Notes under the pieces: model-generated | Databases searched by the model: none | What the model saw: only the letters and a program-made list of their open reading frames with translations | Told to the model about the DNA's origin: nothing | Shown here: piece by piece, positions 45,134-54,100 of the stretch | Position numbering within the stretch: the stretch's first letter is position 1 | Layout: each line of letters starts with the position of its first letter | Position numbers and translations under genes: made by a program | Origin: Chitinophagales bacterium | Lineage (GTDB): Bacteria; Bacteroidota; Bacteroidia; Chitinophagales; LD1 | Direction of reading: 5' to 3' | NCBI GenBank assembly: GCA_025057415.1 | Contig: JANWXI010000001.1 | Coordinates: forward strand, 6,415 to 70,414 | Length of the DNA stretch: 64,000 bases

Positions 45134-47332
45134 TCAGCGGAATTCACCATAACCCAACGAAGCAAGCACCATCCGGATATCAGACGGGTCATAAAGGTTG
45201 CCAAACTTACTCATAGCAGCGGAAACAGTTTTTTCTTCGTTTGTCTGATAAAATTGGCGGAGGGGTTGAACCACATCGGGTGGCAATACCTCCTCCAGCC
45301 GAATTTCCCCTTTTTGTATCCATCGGGCGATATGGCCCTTGACTGTACTCACCGCAAGCCCGCGGATAGCAGCTATTTCGTGCGCGTCTTTACCCTGCCG
45401 ATGCAGCAACAGCGTATCCTCATACGTAGCTCCTTTTTTGCGCTTTGCTTCCGTAACGGACGACTTCACCACGTGGAGGTTTTGCTGCGCAAACACGGCT
45501 TCGCGGGGGTACAGGCGTTCACCTAAATATGTTGCACCATACAGTTGCTCTATTTTTATCTGGAAGTTGCGTTGCATGACTTGTAAACGCTGCACGTATC
45601 CCTTCACTTTTGTTTTGTATGCCAGTGAGTTGATGTGTGCTTGTACAGGTTCTACCAGCCGGGTAAAGATTTGCTCTGTAAAGTAGGCGATGGCTTTTTC
45701 GCAGCGCTCCAGCAGTTGGGGATGCACCGGAACTGACCGTCCGTAGCGGTGCAATAGCCCGGTGAGTTGAGCGGCAAATTTCTCACCGGTTTCGATTATT
45801 TCATCAAGTGTCCGAATCGTGTCATCCAGCAACTGTAAAGCAGATTCTTTATCCGGAAGATCTTTTCCCCACAGGTCGTCTTTCCATTCGTTCACTTTAA
45901 AGCGCAGCGGTCCGAAGTCAAATAATTTTTTAAGACGTTCATGCGCGTATTCGGCTTTGGCAATTTCCAGCATCACGCGCAAATCATCAGCCGTGTGGAG
46001 TTCTTCATCAAATTGTAAAATGCGCTCATCGGCATGCAAAGCGCGTTGCGTAATGAGTGATTGCAATACTATCCCCTCTAACGTGCGACAGCGCGACAGC
46101 GCCACATACACCTGCCCGGGCGCAAACGACTGGGCTGCGTCAATTACCACTTTATCAAACGTAAGACCCTGACTTTTATGGATGGTAACCGCCCATGCCA
46201 AACGGAGCGGGTATTGTGTAAAGGTTCCTATCTGTTTACTTTCAATACGGTCGTATTGTTCGTTGTAATGATAATTGATGTTTTCCCACACTACCGGCTT
46301 TAGAAGGTACTCCTCGTTATTATCATGAAATCTCACCACCAGTCCTTCTTCCTCAACGCTGCAAATGTCAGCGAGCTTACCGTTGTAGTATTTGTTTCCT
46401 GAAGTGTCGTTGCGTGTAAACATAACCTGAGCGCCCGGCTTCAGTACAAGGGTTTTATCACACGGATACAGGTGCTCCGGAAAATCCCCGCTGATTTCTG
46501 CCTCAAATACATACTCCGGTGTATTCAGTTTGCGCAACGCTGCTTCATTGGCAGCTTGTGCTTTGTAATTGTGTGTGGTTAGCAAAATATAGCCCGGCTC
46601 TGATGTGCGAAAACCGGGTACGTACCGTGTTTTCAGTAACTCATAATCTTCAGCACTTAAGTGATGATGACGTATGTTATGGAGCAGTTGTAAGAACCGC
46701 TCATCGTTCTGCCGGAATATGTTTTTCAACTCAATTTGTACAGCATCCAGTTTTGGCCACACCTGTGCGTCAAAAAAATAGGGCGATGCGTAATAATGCT
46801 GCAGCACCTCCCATTCATTGTCTTTAACCACCGGGGGTAACTGGTATAAATCTCCAATCAAAATGACCTGCACCCCTCCGAACGGACGTTCATCGCTGCG
46901 CACCGTGCGCATGACAAAGTCCACGGCATCGAGCAAATCAGCCCGCACCATACTTGCTTCATCAATGATGAGTTGTTCCAACTCGCGTAATACCTGGCGT
47001 TTTTCTTTGCTCATGCGCATGCGTTGCAGCAAAGCTCTCCGGTTAGTAACCGAGTTTAGGTCAACCCACTCGTTTGATGGTACAAACGGCGTTAGCGGCA
47101 GGTTGAATTGCGAATGGAGGGTTACACCGCCTGCGTTCACCGCAGCCACCCCTGTAGGAGCCGCTACGAGAAACTTCCTGTCGGAGTGTTTTGTGAAGTG
47201 GCGAAGCAGTGTGGTTTTGCCGCTACCGGCTCTGCCCGTCAAAAACACGTGCCGGTTTGTATGCAGTACAAATTCCGTAGCAATATCGTATTCCTCACAC
47301 CGCACAGCGGGCGAATGTAATAAATACCCCAT
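45134..47332 (-). CDS. PIF1/RecD-like SF1 DNA helicase with C-terminal helix-turn-helix domain
   Basis: Walker A GRAGSGKTT, Walker B LIIDEASMV, GDLYQLPPV, TIHKSQGLTFDKVVID, YVALSRCR. The C-terminal ~60 aa (IAAIRGLAVSTVKGHIARWI) is HTH-like. Confidence 0.85.
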   Translation of the reverse strand: MGYLLHSPAVRCEEYDIATEFVLHTNRHVFLTGRAGSGKTTLLRHFTKHSDRKFLVAAPTGVAAVNAGGVTLHSQFNLPLTPFVPSNEWVDLNSVTNRRALLQRMRMSKEKRQVLRELEQLIIDEASMVRADLLDAVDFVMRTVRSDERPFGGVQVILIGDLYQLPPVVKDNEWEVLQHYYASPYFFDAQVWPKLDAVQIELKNIFRQNDERFLQLLHNIRHHHLSAEDYELLKTRYVPGFRTSEPGYILLTTHNYKAQAANEAALRKLNTPEYVFEAEISGDFPEHLYPCDKTLVLKPGAQVMFTRNDTSGNKYYNGKLADICSVEEEGLVVRFHDNNEEYLLKPVVWENINYHYNEQYDRIESKQIGTFTQYPLRLAWAVTIHKSQGLTFDKVVIDAAQSFAPGQVYVALSRCRTLEGIVLQSLITQRALHADERILQFDEELHTADDLRVMLEIAKAEYAHERLKKLFDFGPLRFKVNEWKDDLWGKDLPDKESALQLLDDTIRTLDEIIETGEKFAAQLTGLLHRYGRSVPVHPQLLERCEKAIAYFTEQIFTRLVEPVQAHINSLAYKTKVKGYVQRLQVMQRNFQIKIEQLYGATYLGERLYPREAVFAQQNLHVVKSSVTEAKRKKGATYEDTLLLHRQGKDAHEIAAIRGLAVSTVKGHIARWIQKGEIRLEEVLPPDVVQPLRQFYQTNEEKTVSAAMSKFGNLYDPSDIRMVLASLGYGEFR

Positions 47333-47549
47333 GTTGAACTCCGTTTAAGATATCTGCGCAGCGATGCGTCTGCATATTCAACAAGCAACCCTTGCTTGCA
47401 CCGATGCAAGTACACATGCATTTACGTATTTTTATGTAGATCTTTGCTGTAAACTGGTGTTTGGCTTGTATGAATAAACTATATATCCGCCTTAACAATC
47501 ATGATTGGCTTTACAACGCAAACCTATTGGTATTCATCTTTAAAAAGTG

Positions 47550-47568
47550 TAATTTTGGAATACATTTG
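47550..47568 (+). promoter_or_regulatory. two adjacent candidate -7 boxes (TAATTTTG, TACATTTG)
   Basis: Boxes at 47550-47557 and 47561-47568, 25-36 nt upstream of the ATG at 47593. Both lie inside the track-extended ORF (start 47461), supporting the shorter CDS. Confidence 0.3.
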
Positions 47569-47592
47569 CTTAAACCAAGGCAATTATCTGTG

Positions 47593-49080
47593 ATGAAAAA
47601 TATTTTCAGTGCATTTTTTATAGGGGCATGTACTTTGAACGCTTTCTCACAGGCGTTATTTTACAATAATAATGCCCGTATCTATGTAAAAGATGGCGGA
47701 TTCATGATTGTCCGCACAAACTCCCTGCAAAACGATGGTAATGCAGGTGGCGCTATTGATAATATGGGTACGATTGTAGTGGAAGGGAATATCATCAATA
47801 ACTCCAGTATTCATGCTGTTGGGGATACCATACGCCTGAGTGGCGATTGGATAAACAACGGCTCTTACACGGCAACTAACAGTTGGGTAGAGATGAACGG
47901 AGCTACTCAACTCATCACCGGTTCCAATCCCACAAATTTTGATAATTTGAGTTTACTGGGAGGGAATAGCACGAAAAGACAAACGCTCAACGCGTTAGTT
48001 AAAAACGAGCTCCGCCTGAATGATGCTGAGCTTGCCACAGATGTTCACGTCATGCACGTGGATAACCCTGCAGTAAATTCCGTTACGCGCAACTCCGGCT
48101 TTGTAAGTTCTGTGGGCGCAGGCAGGTTTACTCGTACCACTAACTCAAGCGCTGCTTACTTGTTCCCTACCGGGTCACCGTCCTATTTAAACCCTCCCTC
48201 AATTTTTCGTCCGGTAATCATAACACCCGCCAGCAACACACTCAACTATTATTCGGCAACACTGGTAAAAGGCGATGCCTCAGCCGATGGATGGAATGTG
48301 AATACAACCGATGATGTTCTATGTTTGGTAAACCCCAACTTTTATCACCGGCTCTATCAGTTGTACGATAACAACAGCGCCTCTATTACGATGCACTATG
48401 CGCCTGCCACAGATGGCGATTGGACCGACCAGGCACATTGGGACACCCCAAATCGTTGGAATCACCTCGGCTCGCCCACATCAGGCAACGGACTGGGTTT
48501 CAGCACAGTTACCGTCAATGGCGTCAGTGATTTTCAACCCGAGCCCTTTGCCCTGGCGCGCAAAAAATTTACGTTGGAATTAGGCCCCGACATTCAAATT
48601 ACGCAAGGTGAAAGCGTAACACTACAACCCACCCATACGGCCGTAAATGTAGCTTCGTATAACTGGACCCCCCCCGTTGCCATCAGTTGTACAGATTGCG
48701 AAAAACCCACCGTTAGCCCCTCAGCCAATACGCAATATGTACTTACCATGGCAGATGATGCGGGGTGTACAGCTACCGATGCCGTAAATATTATCGTCAA
48801 TAACCCGATGTTACTCATGCCCACAGCTTTTTCACCTAACGGGGATGGCGTAAATGACAAATTCCGTGCTCTCAACAAGGACCTCACCGAATATACCTTG
48901 CAGATTTACAATCGGTGGGGCGAGCTCGTATTTGAAACCACCGACCCAACAGATGGCTGGGATGGAACATATAAAGACATCGAACAGCCCCTTGGGGTAT
49001 ATGTGTGGACCTGCCGGTACCGCATAAGCGGTCAGCCCAAAGCCGTTACTGCAAAAGGCAACGTTACGTTAATGCGTTGA
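47593..49080 (+). CDS. secreted protein with T9SS type B (gliding-motility-associated) C-terminal sorting domain
   Basis: Signal peptide MKNIFSAFFIGACTLNAFSQ. C-terminus PTAFSPNGDGVNDKF...IYNRWGELVFE...GWDGTYKD...GVYVWTC. Confidence 0.85.
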   Translation: MKNIFSAFFIGACTLNAFSQALFYNNNARIYVKDGGFMIVRTNSLQNDGNAGGAIDNMGTIVVEGNIINNSSIHAVGDTIRLSGDWINNGSYTATNSWVEMNGATQLITGSNPTNFDNLSLLGGNSTKRQTLNALVKNELRLNDAELATDVHVMHVDNPAVNSVTRNSGFVSSVGAGRFTRTTNSSAAYLFPTGSPSYLNPPSIFRPVIITPASNTLNYYSATLVKGDASADGWNVNTTDDVLCLVNPNFYHRLYQLYDNNSASITMHYAPATDGDWTDQAHWDTPNRWNHLGSPTSGNGLGFSTVTVNGVSDFQPEPFALARKKFTLELGPDIQITQGESVTLQPTHTAVNVASYNWTPPVAISCTDCEKPTVSPSANTQYVLTMADDAGCTATDAVNIIVNNPMLLMPTAFSPNGDGVNDKFRALNKDLTEYTLQIYNRWGELVFETTDPTDGWDGTYKDIEQPLGVYVWTCRYRISGQPKAVTAKGNVTLMR

Positions 49081-49202
49081 TTACCCTGTTGCCCCACGTA
49101 GTTTCAAGCTGTTTTCATACAAGATTTTTCGCGTATTACGCAAGAGCTAATGGCGATAGAATTGGCCTGCGCGCGTGAGTTTTTCCGTTAAAAAAGGGGG
49201 AT

Positions 49203-50441
49203 TTAATTTTTACCGGCAACTGCGTCTTTGCCGATAACGGCTTCCCCTTCCTGCGGTGTGATACCCGTTTTTTCTCCGCTTTCTACTTTTGAATAAAGTA
49301 CATAGCCAAACGGGTCCACTTCTTTGGCAAAACCGCGTACAAATGTTACATTAGAAAAATCGCCAATATATAATGTGCCGTTGGGGCGGCTGAGTTCTCC
49401 GTATCCTTTGCGTTGTCCGTTGATGACCCGTCCGCGGTACACATCACCGTTCAGTTCGGTTGTTTGTATGAATCCGTTGGTGAGTTTATCATCCGTAAAG
49501 TAACCCATCTGGTAGTTTCCGTTTGGCATGGTGAGTTTTCCCAGTCCGTTAAAACGTCCGTGCACCATATAACCACAGTAGGTGCCAGCGGCGGTGTTCA
49601 CCAGCACGATACCGCGCAGAAAGACCCCTTTCTCAAATGCGCCATAGTACACATTGCCGTCCTCCACCATAATACCGCGTCCATACAAACGGCCGTTTTT
49701 CTTATCACCCGCAAATTTTTTACCGGTGATTGCCGATGGCTCTGCTCCGAAATTTTCTTTGGTGAGTTTGGTAAGTAAACGATGAAACTCGTTGATGGAG
49801 TCGCGCTGTTGTTCTTCTATTTTCTGTGCGGCGGCACGCATTTTTGTAATGACCAATTTCAAAGAATACTCTTCGCGCTCCTCATCCGAAATGGGTCTGG
49901 CGCGCATTTGCTGGCGGGCCAGCGCCGGGTTGCTGCGGATTAACCGGTTTACTGCTTCAGCATGTTTGCGTAAACGTACCTTGTTCAGCGGATCCAGCGT
50001 GATAATAAAATTACCCGCAAATCGCAGTTGGTGCAATATCGGATAATCCATGACTGAGTCGGCAAATGACAACAGATACGTGTAGCGGGCTACCTGATTA
50101 AAAACCGTATCTAAATTATTGACATCGCAGAAAATGAGTCCGCTTTTATCGCGCTCGTACTTAACGGCTAATTGATCCTGCAGCCCGTTTGTTTGTTTTA
50201 CTTGTACAAAAAGGTAGTTTTTCTGCCGGTCGTGCGAGAGCGTAATTGTGTGGGTTTGGTTGAGGTCGTTATCAAATACCTTATACACGGTTTGAAATGA
50301 GTGCCGGCTGAACTGAATTTGCGTGCGGTCGTAGTAAATATGACCCTGTTGCCTGCCATCGTTGAGTTTGCCGCTGAAATATTCCTGGCCCCAAGCCGTT
50401 GCCGGCAGCAGCCACACCCAAAAATATATTATATTTTTCAT
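49203..50441 (-). CDS. secreted MORN-repeat protein
   Basis: Signal peptide. The C-terminal half has repeated Y.G....G...G.G motifs (YGRGIMVEDGNVYYGAFEKGVFLRG, YCGYMVHGRFNGLGKLTMPNGNYQMGYF, VYRGRVINGQRKGYGELSRPNGTLYIGDF). Confidence 0.75.
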   Translation of the reverse strand: MKNIIYFWVWLLPATAWGQEYFSGKLNDGRQQGHIYYDRTQIQFSRHSFQTVYKVFDNDLNQTHTITLSHDRQKNYLFVQVKQTNGLQDQLAVKYERDKSGLIFCDVNNLDTVFNQVARYTYLLSFADSVMDYPILHQLRFAGNFIITLDPLNKVRLRKHAEAVNRLIRSNPALARQQMRARPISDEEREEYSLKLVITKMRAAAQKIEEQQRDSINEFHRLLTKLTKENFGAEPSAITGKKFAGDKKNGRLYGRGIMVEDGNVYYGAFEKGVFLRGIVLVNTAAGTYCGYMVHGRFNGLGKLTMPNGNYQMGYFTDDKLTNGFIQTTELNGDVYRGRVINGQRKGYGELSRPNGTLYIGDFSNVTFVRGFAKEVDPFGYVLYSKVESGEKTGITPQEGEAVIGKDAVAGKN

Positions 50442-50459
50442 ATATTATTTAGTTATTAT

Positions 50460-51587
50460 TTATTCGCAGTTTGTACCGTCTATTTTTAAAAACTTTCCTG
50501 CCGGCGTGTAGTACAAATAGGGCGATGCCACGTAGCTGTTGTCACCCTGCGCCACGCGCAGCGTGCACTTGTATTTGACGGTTCCGGAAGAGAGCTGCTC
50601 TATCAACACAGGAGGTGAAACGCTGCGTACTTCTTCAATGCTGCGAATGGTAATATCGCAGCCACTGATTTTTTTCCCTACTACATCCTGGGCAACCCGC
50701 TCGCCCGTTAACCGGAACGGCTCTGTGGTATTGGTCGTTGCCGGAATATCCGTTTTGGGAGTTTCTTTTCGGTTCTCTTTTACAGTGGGGGAAGCGGGTG
50801 TAACCGGGCCGAGGGTATCGGGTGCGGCAGCGCCCGGAGCGTTCATAGCCAATTGGGCGGAGTGGTTCTTCACCTGTTCATTCAGCCCGAGATTTTTTAA
50901 GTGGTAATACAGCCATGCTGCCAGTATCAATATTGCCGGCAATGCAATTAAAAACGGTTTCAGGTGGGTGGCTGGTCCGGCTTGTTTGGTTTGCGGGGGA
51001 GGGGGAAGTGTATTTTCCCTCTCGGGTGTAATTTTCGTATGCGTATGGGCGGGCGTATCCGGCAATTCAACTACGGGTGGGGGAGGAGCCGGCGCCGCGA
51101 AATTTTTGACTTGTGCATTTTTGTGAGCCAGTTCCTCCAATTCTTTTTTAAGGCGCTTGTTTTCCTCCTCCAGATGCTGAATTTCTTCGCGCACTTCGTT
51201 TACGATTTGTAACGTGACCTGTTTGTGACGCTCCGCTTCCTGCTTTACGTGGTGGATTTCCTCTTTTAATTGGGCTTCCGCTTTGCGGCGCTCTTCCTGT
51301 TCCAGTCGCAGTTGTTCGCGCGCAATGGCTTCTATGCGCATGCGCTCTTCTTCTTCGGCTCTCCGGCGTATCTCCTCCTGGCGCAGAAACTCTTCCTGCT
51401 CTTTCTCCTTTTCTTGCAGTTCGCGCTCTATGCGCTCCTTTTCGGCACGGAGCTTCTCTATGTCATGCGCCTGGTCAGCCAGGATAGAAAAGGACTGTAC
51501 GAAGAAGGGATTCACCTGACCGCATTCACCGCAGTAGCGTTTGCTCAGTTCAAGTTGTGCTCCGCACGTACCGCAAAATTTTTTCAT
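50460..51587 (-). CDS. zinc-ribbon / coiled-coil / single-pass membrane protein, function unknown
   Basis: N-terminal CGTCG...CGECG zinc ribbon, ~130 aa of E/R/K-rich coiled coil, a Pro-rich linker, one TM (FLIALPAILILAAWLYYHL), and a ~130-aa extracytoplasmic domain. Confidence 0.7.
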   Translation of the reverse strand: MKKFCGTCGAQLELSKRYCGECGQVNPFFVQSFSILADQAHDIEKLRAEKERIERELQEKEKEQEEFLRQEEIRRRAEEEERMRIEAIAREQLRLEQEERRKAEAQLKEEIHHVKQEAERHKQVTLQIVNEVREEIQHLEEENKRLKKELEELAHKNAQVKNFAAPAPPPPVVELPDTPAHTHTKITPERENTLPPPPQTKQAGPATHLKPFLIALPAILILAAWLYYHLKNLGLNEQVKNHSAQLAMNAPGAAAPDTLGPVTPASPTVKENRKETPKTDIPATTNTTEPFRLTGERVAQDVVGKKISGCDITIRSIEEVRSVSPPVLIEQLSSGTVKYKCTLRVAQGDNSYVASPYLYYTPAGKFLKIDGTNCE

Positions 51588-51773
51588 TATCGTGTCGGCT
51601 ATACGTGGTACAGGATGCCCGCTGAATTATGCAAGTGGTCTAAGCCATACCGCTTACAGAAGAGGGCATACTGTCACGGCTGAAAATTACAGGGTCATTC
51701 AGATACCATTCGCGGCCGAGGGATGTAAAGTATCCACCGGGTGCGTGCAAGTGTTCAGTATAGTTTGCAGGGG

Positions 51774-53543
51774 CTATTTCCCTTTCAGGGTAAAATAGAA
51801 GTTACTGCCCGAGCCGGGTAAACTTTCTACCCAAATTTCTCCTCCGTGCATGTCGGTAATCTTTTTGCATATAGCCAGCCCGATGCCGTTGCCCGGGTAT
51901 TCGTCCACGCGGTTGAGCCGCTCAAATATGTGAAAAATGCGCTGGTAGTATTTTTTGGAAATACCGATGCCGTTATCGCGTACGCAGAAAATGATGTTAC
52001 CTTCAAACTTATCAAAACCGATATCAATCACCGGGCGGCGGTCTTTTTTGCGAAACTTCAGCGCGTTTTCAATCAGCGAAAACAGGAGTTTTTCCACCAG
52101 TTCTTTGTCGGCCGTTACATCGGGTAACTCGGCATGGCTAACCTCAGCGTTTGCGGCATCTAATTGCGGTTTGAGTTGCTGCAATACATCGCTGAGCGCC
52201 TGTTTCATGGATACTTTGGTTAGTTGCGGTACGTAGGTATTGAGACCAATGTAGGTTTTCAAATCAGATAGCAGCCGCTCCATGCGCTCGGCACTTTGCC
52301 GGGCATAGGCGGCGTATTCCATCGCTTCTGTGTATTTTTTAGCGCTCAGTTTATCACTTAACAGTTGCACGTAGTTGAGTATAGTGCGCACCGGTTCGCG
52401 TAAATCATGCGAAGCAATATGCAGCACATCATCGGTGCTGAATTTTTCAGAATCAGTTCGCAGGTTCGGAACGCCGGCATCAGCGGGATTTTGGAGCGGG
52501 GTAAACGTAATCAGTTGATGATAAGCTCCGTCAATGTGTATAGGCAAGATGCGAAACAAGACCCTGACCGTAGCGCCATCCGGCAGGCGGATGCTCCCCT
52601 CCGATTTTTTTTCTGCCAAAAGGTGCTGAATATTTACACTGGCGGGCGACTCGTTGTTTATTTCAAACAAAGTTGAAGGCGAAACTGAAGTAAGCTGCCG
52701 CTGATTTAATTTGAGAAGTTCCTGTGCCGGGCGGTTGGCAAATACCACTTTGTCGCCCTGCAGTAGTACGACATTTTCGTTGAGATGATGAAGAAGTGAC
52801 TGCACATGTTTGTCAAGTATAGCGGGTGGTGTAGAGGGCAACTCACGATAATCCACTACAAATACGTTACACGGTTCACCGTTCCACTGAATGGGGCTTA
52901 CGGTAATATGCAAACTCCACCGTTCATCAGCTTGTAGGGTGATTTTTTCTGACTCTGTCAATAACTCGCGGTAAACTAGTATTTCGGTAAGCCGTTTTTT
53001 CAGCGTGTCATCACTCAACAACCCATGCATGTATGTGTTAGCGTACCGGACGGCATTGTGGGAGTTCAGCACCAACACTCCCTGTTGCAAACGGTTTATG
53101 ATGGCGTAGAAGGACTCATGTTGGGCGGCAAAATCATGAAAGGTTTCGTCAAGCCGGTTTTCGGCTTCGGTAAGCCGCAGTACACCGGCAATGGTTTTCT
53201 GCAGGTGAAAAAGATTAATTTTATTCTTAATAATATATTCCACAGCGCCGGCCGTTCTGGCGATTGCCCTGGCCTCTTCGGTTTGCATACCGCTGAGCAA
53301 AATCACCGGTATTTTTTGGCGCTCAACGGTGCTGCGCAATTCCGAAAAGCCCGGCGCGCCGGTTAAGGAAGCGTCCAGCAGGATGAGGTCGGGTTGGCGA
53401 AAGCGGAGAAAATTAAGAGCATCATCGGGTGCGGAAACGTGGCTCACAGAGAAAGCATAAGCGCTTGCTTTCAGAAAGCGCTGTATATCACCGGCGCTTT
53501 GCTCATCGGCATCCAGCAGTAAAATCGTTTTGGGGTGCTCCAC
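51774..53543 (-). CDS. hybrid response-regulator receiver + PAS + histidine kinase
   Basis: REC domain (KTILLLDADEQ...DLILLDASL...PVILLSG), PAS regions, H-box ASHDLREPVRTI, and HATPase (GNGIGLAICKKITDMHGGEIW). The GTG at 53543 is proposed as the start. The ATG at 53750 would add 69 non-homologous residues and overlap the SUI1 gene by 118 nt. Confidence 0.8.
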   Translation of the reverse strand: MEHPKTILLLDADEQSAGDIQRFLKASAYAFSVSHVSAPDDALNFLRFRQPDLILLDASLTGAPGFSELRSTVERQKIPVILLSGMQTEEARAIARTAGAVEYIIKNKINLFHLQKTIAGVLRLTEAENRLDETFHDFAAQHESFYAIINRLQQGVLVLNSHNAVRYANTYMHGLLSDDTLKKRLTEILVYRELLTESEKITLQADERWSLHITVSPIQWNGEPCNVFVVDYRELPSTPPAILDKHVQSLLHHLNENVVLLQGDKVVFANRPAQELLKLNQRQLTSVSPSTLFEINNESPASVNIQHLLAEKKSEGSIRLPDGATVRVLFRILPIHIDGAYHQLITFTPLQNPADAGVPNLRTDSEKFSTDDVLHIASHDLREPVRTILNYVQLLSDKLSAKKYTEAMEYAAYARQSAERMERLLSDLKTYIGLNTYVPQLTKVSMKQALSDVLQQLKPQLDAANAEVSHAELPDVTADKELVEKLLFSLIENALKFRKKDRRPVIDIGFDKFEGNIIFCVRDNGIGISKKYYQRIFHIFERLNRVDEYPGNGIGLAICKKITDMHGGEIWVESLPGSGSNFYFTLKGK

Positions 53544-53632
53544 GGTGTGGGGGCAATATAATCGGCTTTTATGTAAATGGCAAGAGGCAACACAGGTTGT
53601 ATATGGTGGATAAACGGAAATTGCTGGGGGTT

Positions 53633-53965
53633 CTATCCGCCTTTTAATTTTACCTGATACCCCATTTGCAGCAGAATTTGTTTCAGTTTGTTGCGGTGGT
53701 CGCCCTGCAGGTGAATAATGCCATCTTTTACGGTACCACCCACACCGCATTTGTTTTTCAGCGTTTTACCCAACATCGCCAAATCTTCGCTGTTGCCGAT
53801 GAAGTTCTCTACCACGGTAGCCAGTTTGCCGCCTTTCAGGCGTTGCAGGGTCAGGTAGAGGGTTTGCCGGGCGGGCGGCAACGTTTGCGTTTCTTCTCGT
53901 TCCTCTTCTTCGGGTTTCACATCGGGGTTGGTGGAATATACCAGCTTGTCTTTCCAATCTTTCAT
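53633..53965 (-). CDS. SUI1/eIF1-family translation initiation factor homologue (YciH-like)
   Basis: 110 aa. C-terminal SUI1 fold pattern RLKGGKLATVVENF...LGKTLKNKCGVGGTVKDGIIHLQGDHRNKLKQILLQMGY. Confidence 0.85.
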   Translation of the reverse strand: MKDWKDKLVYSTNPDVKPEEEEREETQTLPPARQTLYLTLQRLKGGKLATVVENFIGNSEDLAMLGKTLKNKCGVGGTVKDGIIHLQGDHRNKLKQILLQMGYQVKLKGG

Positions 53966-54100
53966 AAGAATAAGGTTTGGTTTTTAGTTGTATTGCGCAA
54001 AGCGCCTCATGTTTCGTAGCATTGATGGTCTATGGTTGTAACGGCATTTTGCCTTGTGTGTATTTGCTGTGAAGCGCATCAACCGATATTAAAAATTATA

